Shown here: positions 8,945-19,257 of the stretch, in pieces
How the letters are laid out: every line of letters starts with the position of its first letter
Position numbering within the stretch: position 1 is the stretch's first letter
IMG/VR virus record: IMGVR_UViG_3300047276_000181
Location: 3,256-67,255 of that record
DNA length: 64,000 bases
From: a virus
Direction: 5' to 3' (one strand)
Translations under genes and position numbers: made by a program
The notes under the pieces: generated by a model
Told to the model about the DNA's origin: nothing
Seen by the model: only the letters and a program-made list of their open reading frames with translations
Databases searched by the model: none

Positions 8945-11900
8945 CTACTTTTTAGCGCTCCGTAGTTTGTCGTACTCGTACTTAAACTTAGGGCTGAATC
9001 GGTAGCCAGACTCGTTGTAAATCTGCTTCCTAAGGTCAAGCAGTTCCTCCTCGTTCATATCTCCGTAAAGCAAGTAGACCTTCTTGGCTCTAGCCTCCTC
9101 GTCCTTAGAGTATATGATTTCGTTTACGTTCTGACCTGCCGCACGCTTCTTCGCTGACGTAAGGAACGAGTCTCTGTAGTACATAGCGTCTACCTTATCC
9201 TCCTTAGCTATGTCAGCGGATGTAGCCTTAGCCTTGTCAAGGATTGCCTTCTTCTCAGCTTCAGTCTGAGCGGCCTTATACTCTAAACCTAACTCCTGTG
9301 CGGCATCGCGAATCTTCATACGCTTGCTTCCAGACTCTTGGTCTATCTTCATAAGCTCCTCCTTCTGGTTGTAAATCTTCCAGTCTGGGTTAGTCTCGCC
9401 CCATATTGACTTACTGATAGACAATCCATTCTTGCCTAAAGCATCCACGACCTTAGCAGCCGAAGCCTTGCTCTCCTGCGCCGACAACTCATTGTCGAGA
9501 GGGACAACTGATGTGATGAGGTCAAGCATACCATAGACCGCTCCAACCATCAACGACGAACTCGGGCTTGTTATTACCTTCTCAGTTGCTGCCTTCAAGC
9601 GAGCTGGAGACAATCCGCTCTTCTCTCCGGTAACTAGTTCCTGAGTCTCACCGAACACCTTGCCGATTACCTTGTAGAATCGCTCAACGTTCGGGTCGTT
9701 TATACCTTCATCCATAGGTAGAACCTCGTTGAAGTCCATAGTTACGGCACGCTTACGGAACGAGTCATAGTTGGTCTGGTACGTAATTGCGGCGCTAAGG
9801 AACGGTATGGATGACGTAATCTCTGAAAGAGACGCTCCAGTAGGCAGTGCATTGGTCACTCCCTTAATTGCGTATCCAATTAAGTCATCTGAAGGTAGAT
9901 ACTTATCTCCAAGTACCTGAGCCATAGCGTATCCATTTGCGATGTCCATCATAGCGAAGAATGGAACCATTTGCTGCGGCTTGGCAATCTTAATGTACGC
10001 CCTACGCTCCTTACCCTTCTCGTCTGTGTACTTGGTAGGCAAGAAGATGATGAAGTATCTGAGCTTAACGTCCTCAGGTATATCGTCTAAGTCGTCACCA
10101 CCAACTAGTGCGTTCATCATAGCAAGAACAAACATACCAGCCTGAGCCTGAAGGAACTTGCTAGCGAACTTCTTCGGGTTGTTCTTTATGTAATCTGCTG
10201 AAACTCTGAAACCTTGGAACGCAGAGTTAATGTATGGCTTAACTATCTCAAGACCTTTCGTTAGATTACCACCTTGAGCGAAGTCAATTATAGAGCGGGC
10301 GCGATTTACTGCTTGAGCCTTTATCAGTTCTAAATCATCACCTTTTGGCTCGCTTCCGTTCTTCTTTTTATATTCAGCTGCAGCTTCATCTCTAAACTTT
10401 TTGTAGACAGCGACACGGAATCCAACCTCGGAAAGCTCACCGATGCTAGACATCTTATCTACGAACTTGTCAATACTACTCTTATCTAACTTAAGGCTAC
10501 CAGGGCGGCCATCAGTTGACAAGAAGTCCATACCGCCACCCATCTCCATATACTCCTGGAAGTATTTGTCGTCAGCCTTAAATGATTTGACTCCAGAGAA
10601 GAAGTCACGCATAAGGTTGTACGATGCAAGATAAATGTTTTGATTATCGTATATATCGGTAAAGAACAAAATATGTCCGAAGTCACGAGGGAAGTTTCTT
10701 ACGATAAACAGTGGGTTAGCTCTAGTAGCTAAAAGTTTAAGTAGTGCAGAACCAGATGCATAGCTAATCCACTTATTCAGATTAGGCCCTAAATCAAACA
10801 ATCTGTTAGCTCCGTCCCACTCACGCTTTAAGTCAGTACGAAGCTGAAATTTAAATTGCTCTCCGTTCTGGTAGAAGTAGACAGTTTCAAAACCAACTGA
10901 AGCGCTTCCATCTGGGTCTTGTGGCTTAACCCACTCTTTGTTAGCCGGGTCTAGAGCAGCCTCAAATAACGCTTTATTTGCTCTGTTCTTGAGTATTCTA
11001 GATGACGCAGAAGCCGCATAAGCCGATAGCAAGAACTGAGAGTCCAAAATAATATCATCGTTACTGCCTTCGCGGATTCTTTTAACTTGGTCACCTGTAA
11101 GTCCATAGTCGCGAACAGCTACATCATTGTCACCAAAATCAAAGGCGTGATTCAAGAAAACTCTTGGTGAGTAATCGAAGTCTTTAATCTTATCGTAAAG
11201 CTCCTTGGTGATTAGGCCGTTCTTATATAGGTCATTTAGAATGTTTCTGAACTCGTTAAAGTATGCATCAGCTCTAGAGTTCAAAAGTTCGAAGTTTCCA
11301 ATCTTCTCAGACATCTTCTGAAGTTCTATTTCTGCCACCTCTTTGTTTGCGGTAACTCCAGACTTGCGGTCCATAGTATGCATAGGACGCTGAGTCTCGT
11401 CAAGCATCTTTGTAAGCCTGTCAACTTCAGCACTAGCTTTCGAAAGTTCATCTCTGAGCTTGTTTTTCTTATCTACACTGATGTTGCTAGCCATATTGTC
11501 AACTCGGTACTGAGCGTATTCTAGCTCAATGTTAGCTGTTGCTAGCTCATCAACAATAGCTGCTCTTCTGTCGTCAAAAGACTTATCGATTTCGATTACA
11601 CGACGGAGGAATATAATATCGTCAAGGTTGTCAATGTCTGACTTATTGAGGCCAGAGTATATAGCCCTATGAGCCTTGTTTACGAAATACTTAGCGCGAG
11701 CACTAGCACCGGATTTGTTTACCAAGTAATCATAAGCTCCTGATACTCTAGAATTCAGTATAGCTTTCTTGATGTTCGACTGCTTGTCAAATAGAGCAGT
11801 TCTGATATTATTCAGGTTAAATACTACTTTATACCAAGGCTTCTCCTTAACTCTCTCTTCGTACTGGCTTCTAACGTTAGCCATATTGAATTCAGACTCA

Positions 11901-14900
11901 CGTGCTTCATTAGCTCTGTCAAGGATATCTGCATATAAAGTCTTAGCAAGTATATCACTGATACCCATTTTGTTTGCCAACTCAACGAAGTCTTCCTCGC
12001 TAATTGAAGGGACATATTTTCCGTCTATTACTTCAGCACCGCTCAACAAATGTCTACGCAGTATGTCCATAAGTCCACGCTGCTGACGGAACATTCTACT
12101 GTTAGATATAAGCAGTTGAGAGTCAATCTTAGGCAGTCTGACTCTGAACATCTTCTGTAGTTGCAGAACTGCCGCATTGTATGTGTTAGGACTCCAGATA
12201 TTTAATGCTATGTCAAACCCGTTATTAAACGTGGCAACGCCATCATCAACATAAGTTTTCGCTCTAGATTCATCTGCTGGAACCGTATGGTCAGCAATTC
12301 GGAACATAAACTTAAACGTAGAACTGGTCTTGTTGATTCTGTTGACGAACTTAAGTTCAGCTTCGAAATATCTACTTTCGTCCCTGTCGCCACGTTCCTT
12401 ACGGCCCCTTACTTCGGTTACTACTGTTCCCTTCGGAGCAAAGAATCCCCACTCGTTGCCCGAGCCGTATGCAATCTCTCTTATAGCTCTGTGAAGGAAA
12501 TCAGCAGTTCTATAGGTGTTTACAAAGGATGTCTTTACTCCTTCTCTTCTGGCATCGAGGCGATTTCCGTTTTCTCCGGGCTTCCCAAGACCTGCCTGTT
12601 TTCTAACCACTGCGCTAGCAGGTTCAAGTCCTCCTGGGACAGTTCCATTGCTGGCGGCTTGAGTGTTACTCTGTAGTTCTGCTTCTTTTTCATTTGCTGT
12701 AAAAAATACGTTTGTCTCAACAAAGTTACGCTCAATGTACGAAATCTCTTCGTTTTTGCCAAACTTTGACTTTATTTCGTTTTCTGCTTTCTCGAAGATA
12801 ACCTCTCCTTCAGAAATAGGCTTACCCTCAAACTCACTAATGAACTGGGTTCTAATGCCAAGTACATTTCCTCTGCTATCTCTAGAAATAGTAAACCCTT
12901 TAACATCCATAGCTGCAAGAGCCTTCTTCACTTCATCAAGTGTCTTAGACTCCTTGGTAGGCTTCTTGAGTCCAATCTCGATAATTGGTGCAGCCTTAGA
13001 CGTTTTGATGTCACTAATCCTGCTAAAAAGAACTGCTTCTTGATTATAGCGCTTACCAATCTCTACGACCTTAGCTTCAACAGAAGACACATCAGTTCCC
13101 TCCTCTACAGAGAACTCAACGTCAAATGATGGTTCAGTGTATACATCGCCACTAGGAGAATAAAACTCACCTTCAGAGTCATTTACTCTAGCCACGACAA
13201 CGCCACTGATGTTTCTAATGCTATCTAGTAGCTCCTTCTTTGCTTTGTCATAATCTTTCTTGTCGAACGTTTCAAAGTCCTTGAATGTAGTAACACCTGC
13301 TTGATAACGCTCAGTTTTAAGCTTAGCCGCTTCTTCCTCAAATGAGGATTTCTTTTTACCTACAACTCCAGTCCATTCGTTCTTATCCCATACGTCCTTC
13401 TCCAAGAACCATAGGAATGCCTGAAGGTCATCGGCCTGCCATCCAAGTTTATTAGCGGCCTTTCTCATAACCGACTCTGCGAAGAAGTAATCCCCTCCGA
13501 GTTCTCCTTTAGTATTGACAGTATGCTCGACGGAGCCTTCCTGAGAAGGATGTATTCTCCAGCGCTCAACGTTACCCTGATAAGTTATTCTTCTAAGGTA
13601 TCTAGCTGCCCATACGTCAATCGTAGCTTCAGTAGAGCGTCCAGTTAGGTTACCAGCGAAGTTCTTAGTCTTTGGGCCCTGAGTCTGATTGAGCCAGTTA
13701 CCGTAAAGGGCTTGTAATACTTTAGCGCTGTTAGCGTTGAACTTCTTTCCGTTGCTCTGAAGTGGAACTTCAGTGAACTTGTTAATCAACTTTCTACGAG
13801 CATCAATTACATCTGCATCAGTGTGCGACTTCTTTTTAAATCCAGACGATTTAAGTGCCTCCTCATCGCTCATAGACTCGATACCACTAACGTAATCGTG
13901 GTATCTATTAAGTATATCATCGTACTTACCCAACGAGAATTGACGCATAGCATCGACTGACTGCCTGAAGTTTATGTCTACAGGAGTTCTTGCTGAAGTT
14001 GCGGCAAGCAGTTGACCGAATAACTCGATGTTAGCTCCAAACTTCTTCTGGAACCAATCTCTCATTTTCGAGTACCAGCCTATTCCATCACTAACCTCTT
14101 TGTTGCTTAGGTTTTCGTTTACGTCTTTTACTATCCTGTCTACTAGTACATCAGTTGCTGATTCACCAAAGAACTCCATTGCTCCAGACTCAAGACGGTA
14201 AGGCACTTGCTTAACTTCATAGTTGACGTACTTCTTTCCTCTTTTGTCTACAACCTCTTCGGCCTTAGTAACTTCTTGCTCTACGGCTTCGGGATACTTG
14301 TTATTTACATTGTTCGCGATAGCTCTGGCTGCCGCCATAACTTTATCGTCTGAAGGCTTAGACAGTTTTTGAGCTCTAGCTGCTTCGAAGTCCATTTGAC
14401 CAAGCTCTCCAGTTAGCTGAACGCCAGCACCCAACTCTTGGGCCATCTGATTTAGTCCATCAAATAGTTGAGCAGTAGACGGCTGAGTCTTGATTCCAGC
14501 CATACCCAGAATGCTCTTAACTGATTCAACGAATTTAGTAGCAAGGCTTCTCTTGATGTTTATATCAATATCTCCAGCAGCCACCAAAGAGGCCAACTCA
14601 GTCAGAAACTCGTCATTGGTGTTATCAGTGACATCGTATCCGCCAAGGAACTTATCCATACGTGCTTGAAGCTGTGGGTCTCTCTTGACGGCTCTCTTGA
14701 GTTTATTAGCAAGACTGTTTACACCTTCAGCTCCCATTGTTCTTGGGATTATCTCGTGGATAGCTTCGTGGTATGCTGTATTCGAAAGCAAAGATGGAAT
14801 GTATACGTGGACCTCATTAGGCTTACCATCTTTGTAAGATATATGAACACCACGCTCCAACTGACCAGTTTGCTCCTGCATACTTTCAGGAGTAGTGTGT

Positions 14901-16960
14901 GCGACAAAGTTTACGTCAACGTTTGACTTAGCAAATGAATCAATAACGTTTTGAATACTTTGAATTCCAAGACCTACATTCTCCCTAGTTGTTTCATAAG
15001 AGGAGATTACCTCGTCAGAAAGATTAGACAAGAACGTATTCATAGAATCAATTGCCTCACTAACAGTTTTTTGATTCAGCTTGAATCTCTTAACTTTAAA
15101 GCCTAGATTTTCTGCGGCTTGAGTTACTTCTTGTGGCGCTTGAACCACTCCACTTGCCGGAGCCGCTTGACTGCTTCCTCCTTCGACAGGTTGGGTTTGC
15201 TCAATGGTTTGCCCTTCGACGACAGGACTTGGTACTTGTTGTTTCGCTTTGCTATCATATTTCTGTTCGATTTTAGCCTTCTCGGCCATAGCATTCTTAA
15301 TGTCGGTAACAGCCTGTGCCTTAGCTTCAGCGCTAGTAAGGCTGCCGTAATTCTTCATACCACTTGATATGGCCTGATTAAGCTTAACGGTCTGCTGTAG
15401 GTCCTCCTCTGAGAAGTTAGAGTAGAAAGACTCGGCATCTTTCTGCATCTTACGCTCTTTGGATATGTAGTCATTCAGTCTAGTCTTAAGCAGTTCCTTC
15501 TCTCCTTCAGATACTGAGGGGTCAGCAATGAGGGCGTTGATTTCAGATATCTTATTTCTGATTTCAATCCTGTCCTTGAATATAGGAGTCTGTAGAAGTG
15601 CCGATGGTCCGGTAGTAACCACACCGACAGAGCCACCCATAGCCGCGCCCACAAATGCTGACTCGGCGATGTTCATATAGTCTACCTTGTCTCCGGCTAA
15701 AACCTTTTGGAGAACCTCTTGCGTAGTAGCAACGATGGCCTCTTCCATACCTTCCTCGAGTGGTTGACGTGCCAACGCTGGAAGCTTTCCGAAGATTAAG
15801 TCTCCGAACTCCTTCTTAGACATACTGGCAACCGCATCAGCACTCTTAAACAGCCCCCTAACTGCTTTCAAGTCGGAAGCAAATATCTTCTCAGTGGCGT
15901 ATTCAGCTAGACCTGAACCGACGGCATACAGTAGCTTTTCAGCTTGTGAATACCTGTTGTCGTCCATCACTTCAGTCCAAGCACTACCTGCTGCGGTAGC
16001 ACCCAACGCCACAAGACCAACACCACCAGATAAAGCTCCAACACCAAGGTTGACCGTCTGGTCCAGCATATCAATACCGAGAAGACGGAAGTCTCCCTCA
16101 AGTGCCATACTCAATGCACCTCTCTCGATTTGCTCTGGAGTATAGCCTAGATTGAACTTCTCGGCATAGTTCTCTAATGATACTTTCTTCGACAAGCTCT
16201 TAGCCTCCTCTCCGAATGGACTATATCCAGATATAGCAAACTGATTTACTCCACCGGGACCTGGAAGATTCTTTACGGTCATATCCAAGAATCCATTGAT
16301 TCCAGAAACCATAGCGTCAAGACCTCTAGATACGAACGTGCTGTTCTCAGCTAATCGCTTCTGCTCCTCTCTGAATCGCTCCATTGAAGCCTTAACGTCA
16401 GAGTCTAGCAGCGAAGTGGCCGCAACATTAAACGAACCATCTTCGTTAAATATAGACTCCGGAGCCAAGTTGTCTACATCGAACTCTTTATATTTTACGT
16501 AAGTCTTCTCGAGCTCAGGTCTGATTTTCTCAAGGTCCTCTACGCTACTTATGTTAGACAGCTTAGATGCTATCTCAGAACTGATTTCACCTCGCTGAAC
16601 TTCGGCATTCTCTCTCTTTATACCCTCGGATACGAGTTTACCTGTTGGTGTTGCAAATAAATCAACGGGTTTGCCAGTCTCCATTGCCTGCATACGAGCC
16701 TGCTGGAAGTCGCGCTCCCAGGAATCAGGCTTAGGCATAGAGCTCTTAGATACTGGTAACTCCGAAGAAGTAGGCTCTTGAGCCGAAGTGGACTGTGATT
16801 CCCCACCGTCCGTTCTTTTTTTTTTACCCGAGTAGAAGCTTGATGCAAACGCAATGTCTTCGTTAGAGAAGCCGTTGTCCTTCATAGCCTTAGATATCTG
16901 GTCTAAGGACTTTCCGCTGGCGTACGCCTTCTCTAAGATTGCCTTAAGTTCTTCGTTCAT
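8945..16960 (-). CDS. large polyvalent virion/ejected protein (zincin HExxH, TIDVW-motif domain, SAM-lyase-like segment, C-terminal LPD38-like domain)
   Basis: 2671 aa; YHEAIHE; PKTKNFAGNL..ATIDVWAARY; EPSFDV..RYNQEAVLF; DFAQGG...PYINSAFQG...YIKIAKP. Confidence 0.7.
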   Translation of the reverse strand: MNEELKAILEKAYASGKSLDQISKAMKDNGFSNEDIAFASSFYSGKKKRTDGGESQSTSAQEPTSSELPVSKSSMPKPDSWERDFQQARMQAMETGKPVDLFATPTGKLVSEGIKRENAEVQRGEISSEIASKLSNISSVEDLEKIRPELEKTYVKYKEFDVDNLAPESIFNEDGSFNVAATSLLDSDVKASMERFREEQKRLAENSTFVSRGLDAMVSGINGFLDMTVKNLPGPGGVNQFAISGYSPFGEEAKSLSKKVSLENYAEKFNLGYTPEQIERGALSMALEGDFRLLGIDMLDQTVNLGVGALSGGVGLVALGATAAGSAWTEVMDDNRYSQAEKLLYAVGSGLAEYATEKIFASDLKAVRGLFKSADAVASMSKKEFGDLIFGKLPALARQPLEEGMEEAIVATTQEVLQKVLAGDKVDYMNIAESAFVGAAMGGSVGVVTTGPSALLQTPIFKDRIEIRNKISEINALIADPSVSEGEKELLKTRLNDYISKERKMQKDAESFYSNFSEEDLQQTVKLNQAISSGMKNYGSLTSAEAKAQAVTDIKNAMAEKAKIEQKYDSKAKQQVPSPVVEGQTIEQTQPVEGGSSQAAPASGVVQAPQEVTQAAENLGFKVKRFKLNQKTVSEAIDSMNTFLSNLSDEVISSYETTRENVGLGIQSIQNVIDSFAKSNVDVNFVAHTTPESMQEQTGQLERGVHISYKDGKPNEVHVYIPSLLSNTAYHEAIHEIIPRTMGAEGVNSLANKLKRAVKRDPQLQARMDKFLGGYDVTDNTNDEFLTELASLVAAGDIDINIKRSLATKFVESVKSILGMAGIKTQPSTAQLFDGLNQMAQELGAGVQLTGELGQMDFEAARAQKLSKPSDDKVMAAARAIANNVNNKYPEAVEQEVTKAEEVVDKRGKKYVNYEVKQVPYRLESGAMEFFGESATDVLVDRIVKDVNENLSNKEVSDGIGWYSKMRDWFQKKFGANIELFGQLLAATSARTPVDINFRQSVDAMRQFSLGKYDDILNRYHDYVSGIESMSDEEALKSSGFKKKSHTDADVIDARRKLINKFTEVPLQSNGKKFNANSAKVLQALYGNWLNQTQGPKTKNFAGNLTGRSTEATIDVWAARYLRRITYQGNVERWRIHPSQEGSVEHTVNTKGELGGDYFFAESVMRKAANKLGWQADDLQAFLWFLEKDVWDKNEWTGVVGKKKSSFEEEAAKLKTERYQAGVTTFKDFETFDKKDYDKAKKELLDSIRNISGVVVARVNDSEGEFYSPSGDVYTEPSFDVEFSVEEGTDVSSVEAKVVEIGKRYNQEAVLFSRISDIKTSKAAPIIEIGLKKPTKESKTLDEVKKALAAMDVKGFTISRDSRGNVLGIRTQFISEFEGKPISEGEVIFEKAENEIKSKFGKNEEISYIERNFVETNVFFTANEKEAELQSNTQAASNGTVPGGLEPASAVVRKQAGLGKPGENGNRLDARREGVKTSFVNTYRTADFLHRAIREIAYGSGNEWGFFAPKGTVVTEVRGRKERGDRDESRYFEAELKFVNRINKTSSTFKFMFRIADHTVPADESRAKTYVDDGVATFNNGFDIALNIWSPNTYNAAVLQLQKMFRVRLPKIDSQLLISNSRMFRQQRGLMDILRRHLLSGAEVIDGKYVPSISEEDFVELANKMGISDILAKTLYADILDRANEARESEFNMANVRSQYEERVKEKPWYKVVFNLNNIRTALFDKQSNIKKAILNSRVSGAYDYLVNKSGASARAKYFVNKAHRAIYSGLNKSDIDNLDDIIFLRRVIEIDKSFDDRRAAIVDELATANIELEYAQYRVDNMASNISVDKKNKLRDELSKASAEVDRLTKMLDETQRPMHTMDRKSGVTANKEVAEIELQKMSEKIGNFELLNSRADAYFNEFRNILNDLYKNGLITKELYDKIKDFDYSPRVFLNHAFDFGDNDVAVRDYGLTGDQVKRIREGSNDDIILDSQFLLSAYAASASSRILKNRANKALFEAALDPANKEWVKPQDPDGSASVGFETVYFYQNGEQFKFQLRTDLKREWDGANRLFDLGPNLNKWISYASGSALLKLLATRANPLFIVRNFPRDFGHILFFTDIYDNQNIYLASYNLMRDFFSGVKSFKADDKYFQEYMEMGGGMDFLSTDGRPGSLKLDKSSIDKFVDKMSSIGELSEVGFRVAVYKKFRDEAAAEYKKKNGSEPKGDDLELIKAQAVNRARSIIDFAQGGNLTKGLEIVKPYINSAFQGFRVSADYIKNNPKKFASKFLQAQAGMFVLAMMNALVGGDDLDDIPEDVKLRYFIIFLPTKYTDEKGKERRAYIKIAKPQQMVPFFAMMDIANGYAMAQVLGDKYLPSDDLIGYAIKGVTNALPTGASLSEITSSIPFLSAAITYQTNYDSFRKRAVTMDFNEVLPMDEGINDPNVERFYKVIGKVFGETQELVTGEKSGLSPARLKAATEKVITSPSSSLMVGAVYGMLDLITSVVPLDNELSAQESKASAAKVVDALGKNGLSISKSIWGETNPDWKIYNQKEELMKIDQESGSKRMKIRDAAQELGLEYKAAQTEAEKKAILDKAKATSADIAKEDKVDAMYYRDSFLTSAKKRAAGQNVNEIIYSKDEEARAKKVYLLYGDMNEEELLDLRKQIYNESGYRFSPKFKYEYDKLRSAKK

Positions 16961-16998
16961 AGCATAGTATATCTGCGATATGCAAATATACTAAACTA

Positions 16999-18348
16999 TT
17001 AAAGGTTAAGAGACGCGGCTAGAGCGTCGTAGTTCGGTAGAGATTGAGCCGATACAGCTCTCATATTGTCATACAAACCTCTAGATATCAACTCAGACTT
17101 CAATCCAGACATTTGAGACTTGGTTATCAGTCCGCCCGTAACCTCTTCCTTCTTTGCATTTTCCCATCCGGCGTCAATACCTCCTCCTGAAGTTTTGTAC
17201 AGCTTATAGTTGACGATGTTGCCCTTGGAGTCCATCGTCACGTCGGTGATGTACAGGTCGTTAGAGTCGGTAAGTTTAATCGGATTGTTAGCCAGAGAGA
17301 ATCCAGCACCGTATACCTTCTTGCCGCTCTGTCTCTGCGTCTGAACACCAGTGCTAGCAGTTCTTAGTACACCGGAAGCCTCACGCTCGTCCTTAGTAAG
17401 TTTGCCTCCACCAGAAGGTGCACCCACTTGAGATGCTGGCTTCTGTGCCTTGATAGCGTCAGAATACTGCTTCTCAAAATCTTGAAGCGCGGCCTCCATA
17501 AAGGCGGGGTCGTTCTTCATAAGGTTGTCAATCTGTGCGGAATCAGAGAATCCGAGACGGTTCTTATCGAGTCCGTTAGACTGAGCGTACCAGCGCGTTG
17601 CAATCATACGCTTAACCTCTGGGTCAGACTCATAGCGCATCTTGAGTTGTGCGATACCCTTGTCTGCGGCAGCATTGGCGTTGTAGCTAACACCAGTGCC
17701 AGTATCAACACGTACACCGCTGAGGTTGTATATGTTCTTAGCATCCTGCTGAGCTACAGCTACCGGGTCTACGAACTTGATGTTCGGGTCTACCTTATCG
17801 AGTACGAATGAGTTGTATGGGTTCTGCTCCTGCTGAAAGTACACAGATTGAGATAATGGAACCATAGCGCCGTCAGGGTCCTTAACCATTACGGTGCCAT
17901 TCTCCACCTTAGTCTCGATACGGCCAGTAGCAAACTGAGTGTACTTCTGCTTAGCCGAATCTGGAGTGTCAATGTATCCAACACCCTTAGATGCGTTCAT
18001 CTTGTTAATCTCCTCAGTCGCCGTTGCGGACACGCCGAGACCTATACCGAATGCTTGGTTGAACTGATTACGAGCAGCCTCCATCTTAGCCTTGGATGCC
18101 TGTGAGCCGCTCGTCTCGAATTCGATTGCTGACTCTTTCCACGCGTTGTACGCAGCCTGAGTCACGTCCTTGTGTACACCGAGCAGTTTGTATTGATTCT
18201 CAGCGAACTTCTGGTCGATGCCCATAGCAGACGTGAGCTTCTCGCGCTTCTCGGCTTCTTCCTTTCTTTTCTGAGCGGCCTGTGCCTCCATAGCAGCACC
18301 CTGTGCCGCCCACTCTGGAACTTTAAATACTGTGGTGCTTAGAGCCAT
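16999..18348 (-). CDS. putative internal virion/ejection protein
   Basis: Helical Ala/Gln-rich ORF between tail genes and the giant protein. Confidence 0.55.
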   Translation of the reverse strand: MALSTTVFKVPEWAAQGAAMEAQAAQKRKEEAEKREKLTSAMGIDQKFAENQYKLLGVHKDVTQAAYNAWKESAIEFETSGSQASKAKMEAARNQFNQAFGIGLGVSATATEEINKMNASKGVGYIDTPDSAKQKYTQFATGRIETKVENGTVMVKDPDGAMVPLSQSVYFQQEQNPYNSFVLDKVDPNIKFVDPVAVAQQDAKNIYNLSGVRVDTGTGVSYNANAAADKGIAQLKMRYESDPEVKRMIATRWYAQSNGLDKNRLGFSDSAQIDNLMKNDPAFMEAALQDFEKQYSDAIKAQKPASQVGAPSGGGKLTKDEREASGVLRTASTGVQTQRQSGKKVYGAGFSLANNPIKLTDSNDLYITDVTMDSKGNIVNYKLYKTSGGGIDAGWENAKKEEVTGGLITKSQMSGLKSELISRGLYDNMRAVSAQSLPNYDALAASLNL

Positions 18349-19241
18349 TACTTCTCGAACTTCTTAATTAAACTCTTCACGTATGCGTGTAGTTTCTCTT
18401 TGTCTCCATTTGATGTGAACTTCTTGATGTTCTCCATCTGCTTCGGGTTGAAGATGTATTCTCCACCAGTCATCTCGCCAATCTTAGCACCATCCTTCAT
18501 AATGTCGATGGGATTCTTTTCGTGCGAGAATTTGCCAGGTGTCTTCTTGACTGATGCGCCACCCTTAGCAACTCTAGGCCTTACGTCGCCCGGCATACCA
18601 ATCTTTACTCCTTGTGGTGTGACTGCGCGCTGAGTAGCCATAGATGGAAGTTCTATCTTACCACCATTCTCTTTCTTTCCTACACTACCAGCGAGTGCCA
18701 TACCGGCTCCTCCAATGGCACCGATTCCACCAGCGATGTTCTGTACCGCGGCCTCCTTAGCGGCCTGAGCGAATCCAAGCTCCTGCTGGTAGCGTCCTTC
18801 CTTGCGTCCCATCGTTGCCTCCTGAGCGCCTGCCAACTGAGACAGTGCCGCGGTCTGACGCTGCTGTTGCATATCGGCCAAGCTCTGCTGTTGTTGAGCT
18901 GCACCTTCAGTTAGTGCACCAAGTCCACCGAGAAGCGCACGACCGCCTGCCGCACCGAGAGCCTGAGTACCTCCAGAAAGAGCACGATTGACGTTCTCCA
19001 TTTGGCGATTCATAATGTTCTGGTCGTAAGACTCTTTGTATGCCTTGTAGTATTCAGACGGAGTATCGAGTGAAGGAGCCGAAGCCTTTACACGCTCAAG
19101 CTCTTTGTTAGCCTTCTTATTGGCGGCGATACCGTAGGCCAGTTGACCGATTCCAGCGGCTGCTTGTAAGCCAGCACCAATTGCTGCGGTTGGACCTATT
19201 CCTCCTCCAGCGTATTTCTTGTATGACTTCTTGGACTTCAT
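18348..19241 (-). CDS. putative internal virion/ejection (DNA pilot-like) protein
   Basis: Gly/Ala-rich hydrophobic stretches, coiled-coil, GEFSHxxNPI-like motif near the C-terminus. Confidence 0.6.
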   Translation of the reverse strand: MKSKKSYKKYAGGGIGPTAAIGAGLQAAAGIGQLAYGIAANKKANKELERVKASAPSLDTPSEYYKAYKESYDQNIMNRQMENVNRALSGGTQALGAAGGRALLGGLGALTEGAAQQQQSLADMQQQRQTAALSQLAGAQEATMGRKEGRYQQELGFAQAAKEAAVQNIAGGIGAIGGAGMALAGSVGKKENGGKIELPSMATQRAVTPQGVKIGMPGDVRPRVAKGGASVKKTPGKFSHEKNPIDIMKDGAKIGEMTGGEYIFNPKQMENIKKFTSNGDKEKLHAYVKSLIKKFEK

Positions 19242-19257
19242 AATACAAAGATACCTA

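Noticed and set aside
8945-16960. Virion RNA polymerase
   Set aside because: No DxDxD catalytic motif in a plausible context; the motifs fit a polyvalent protein better
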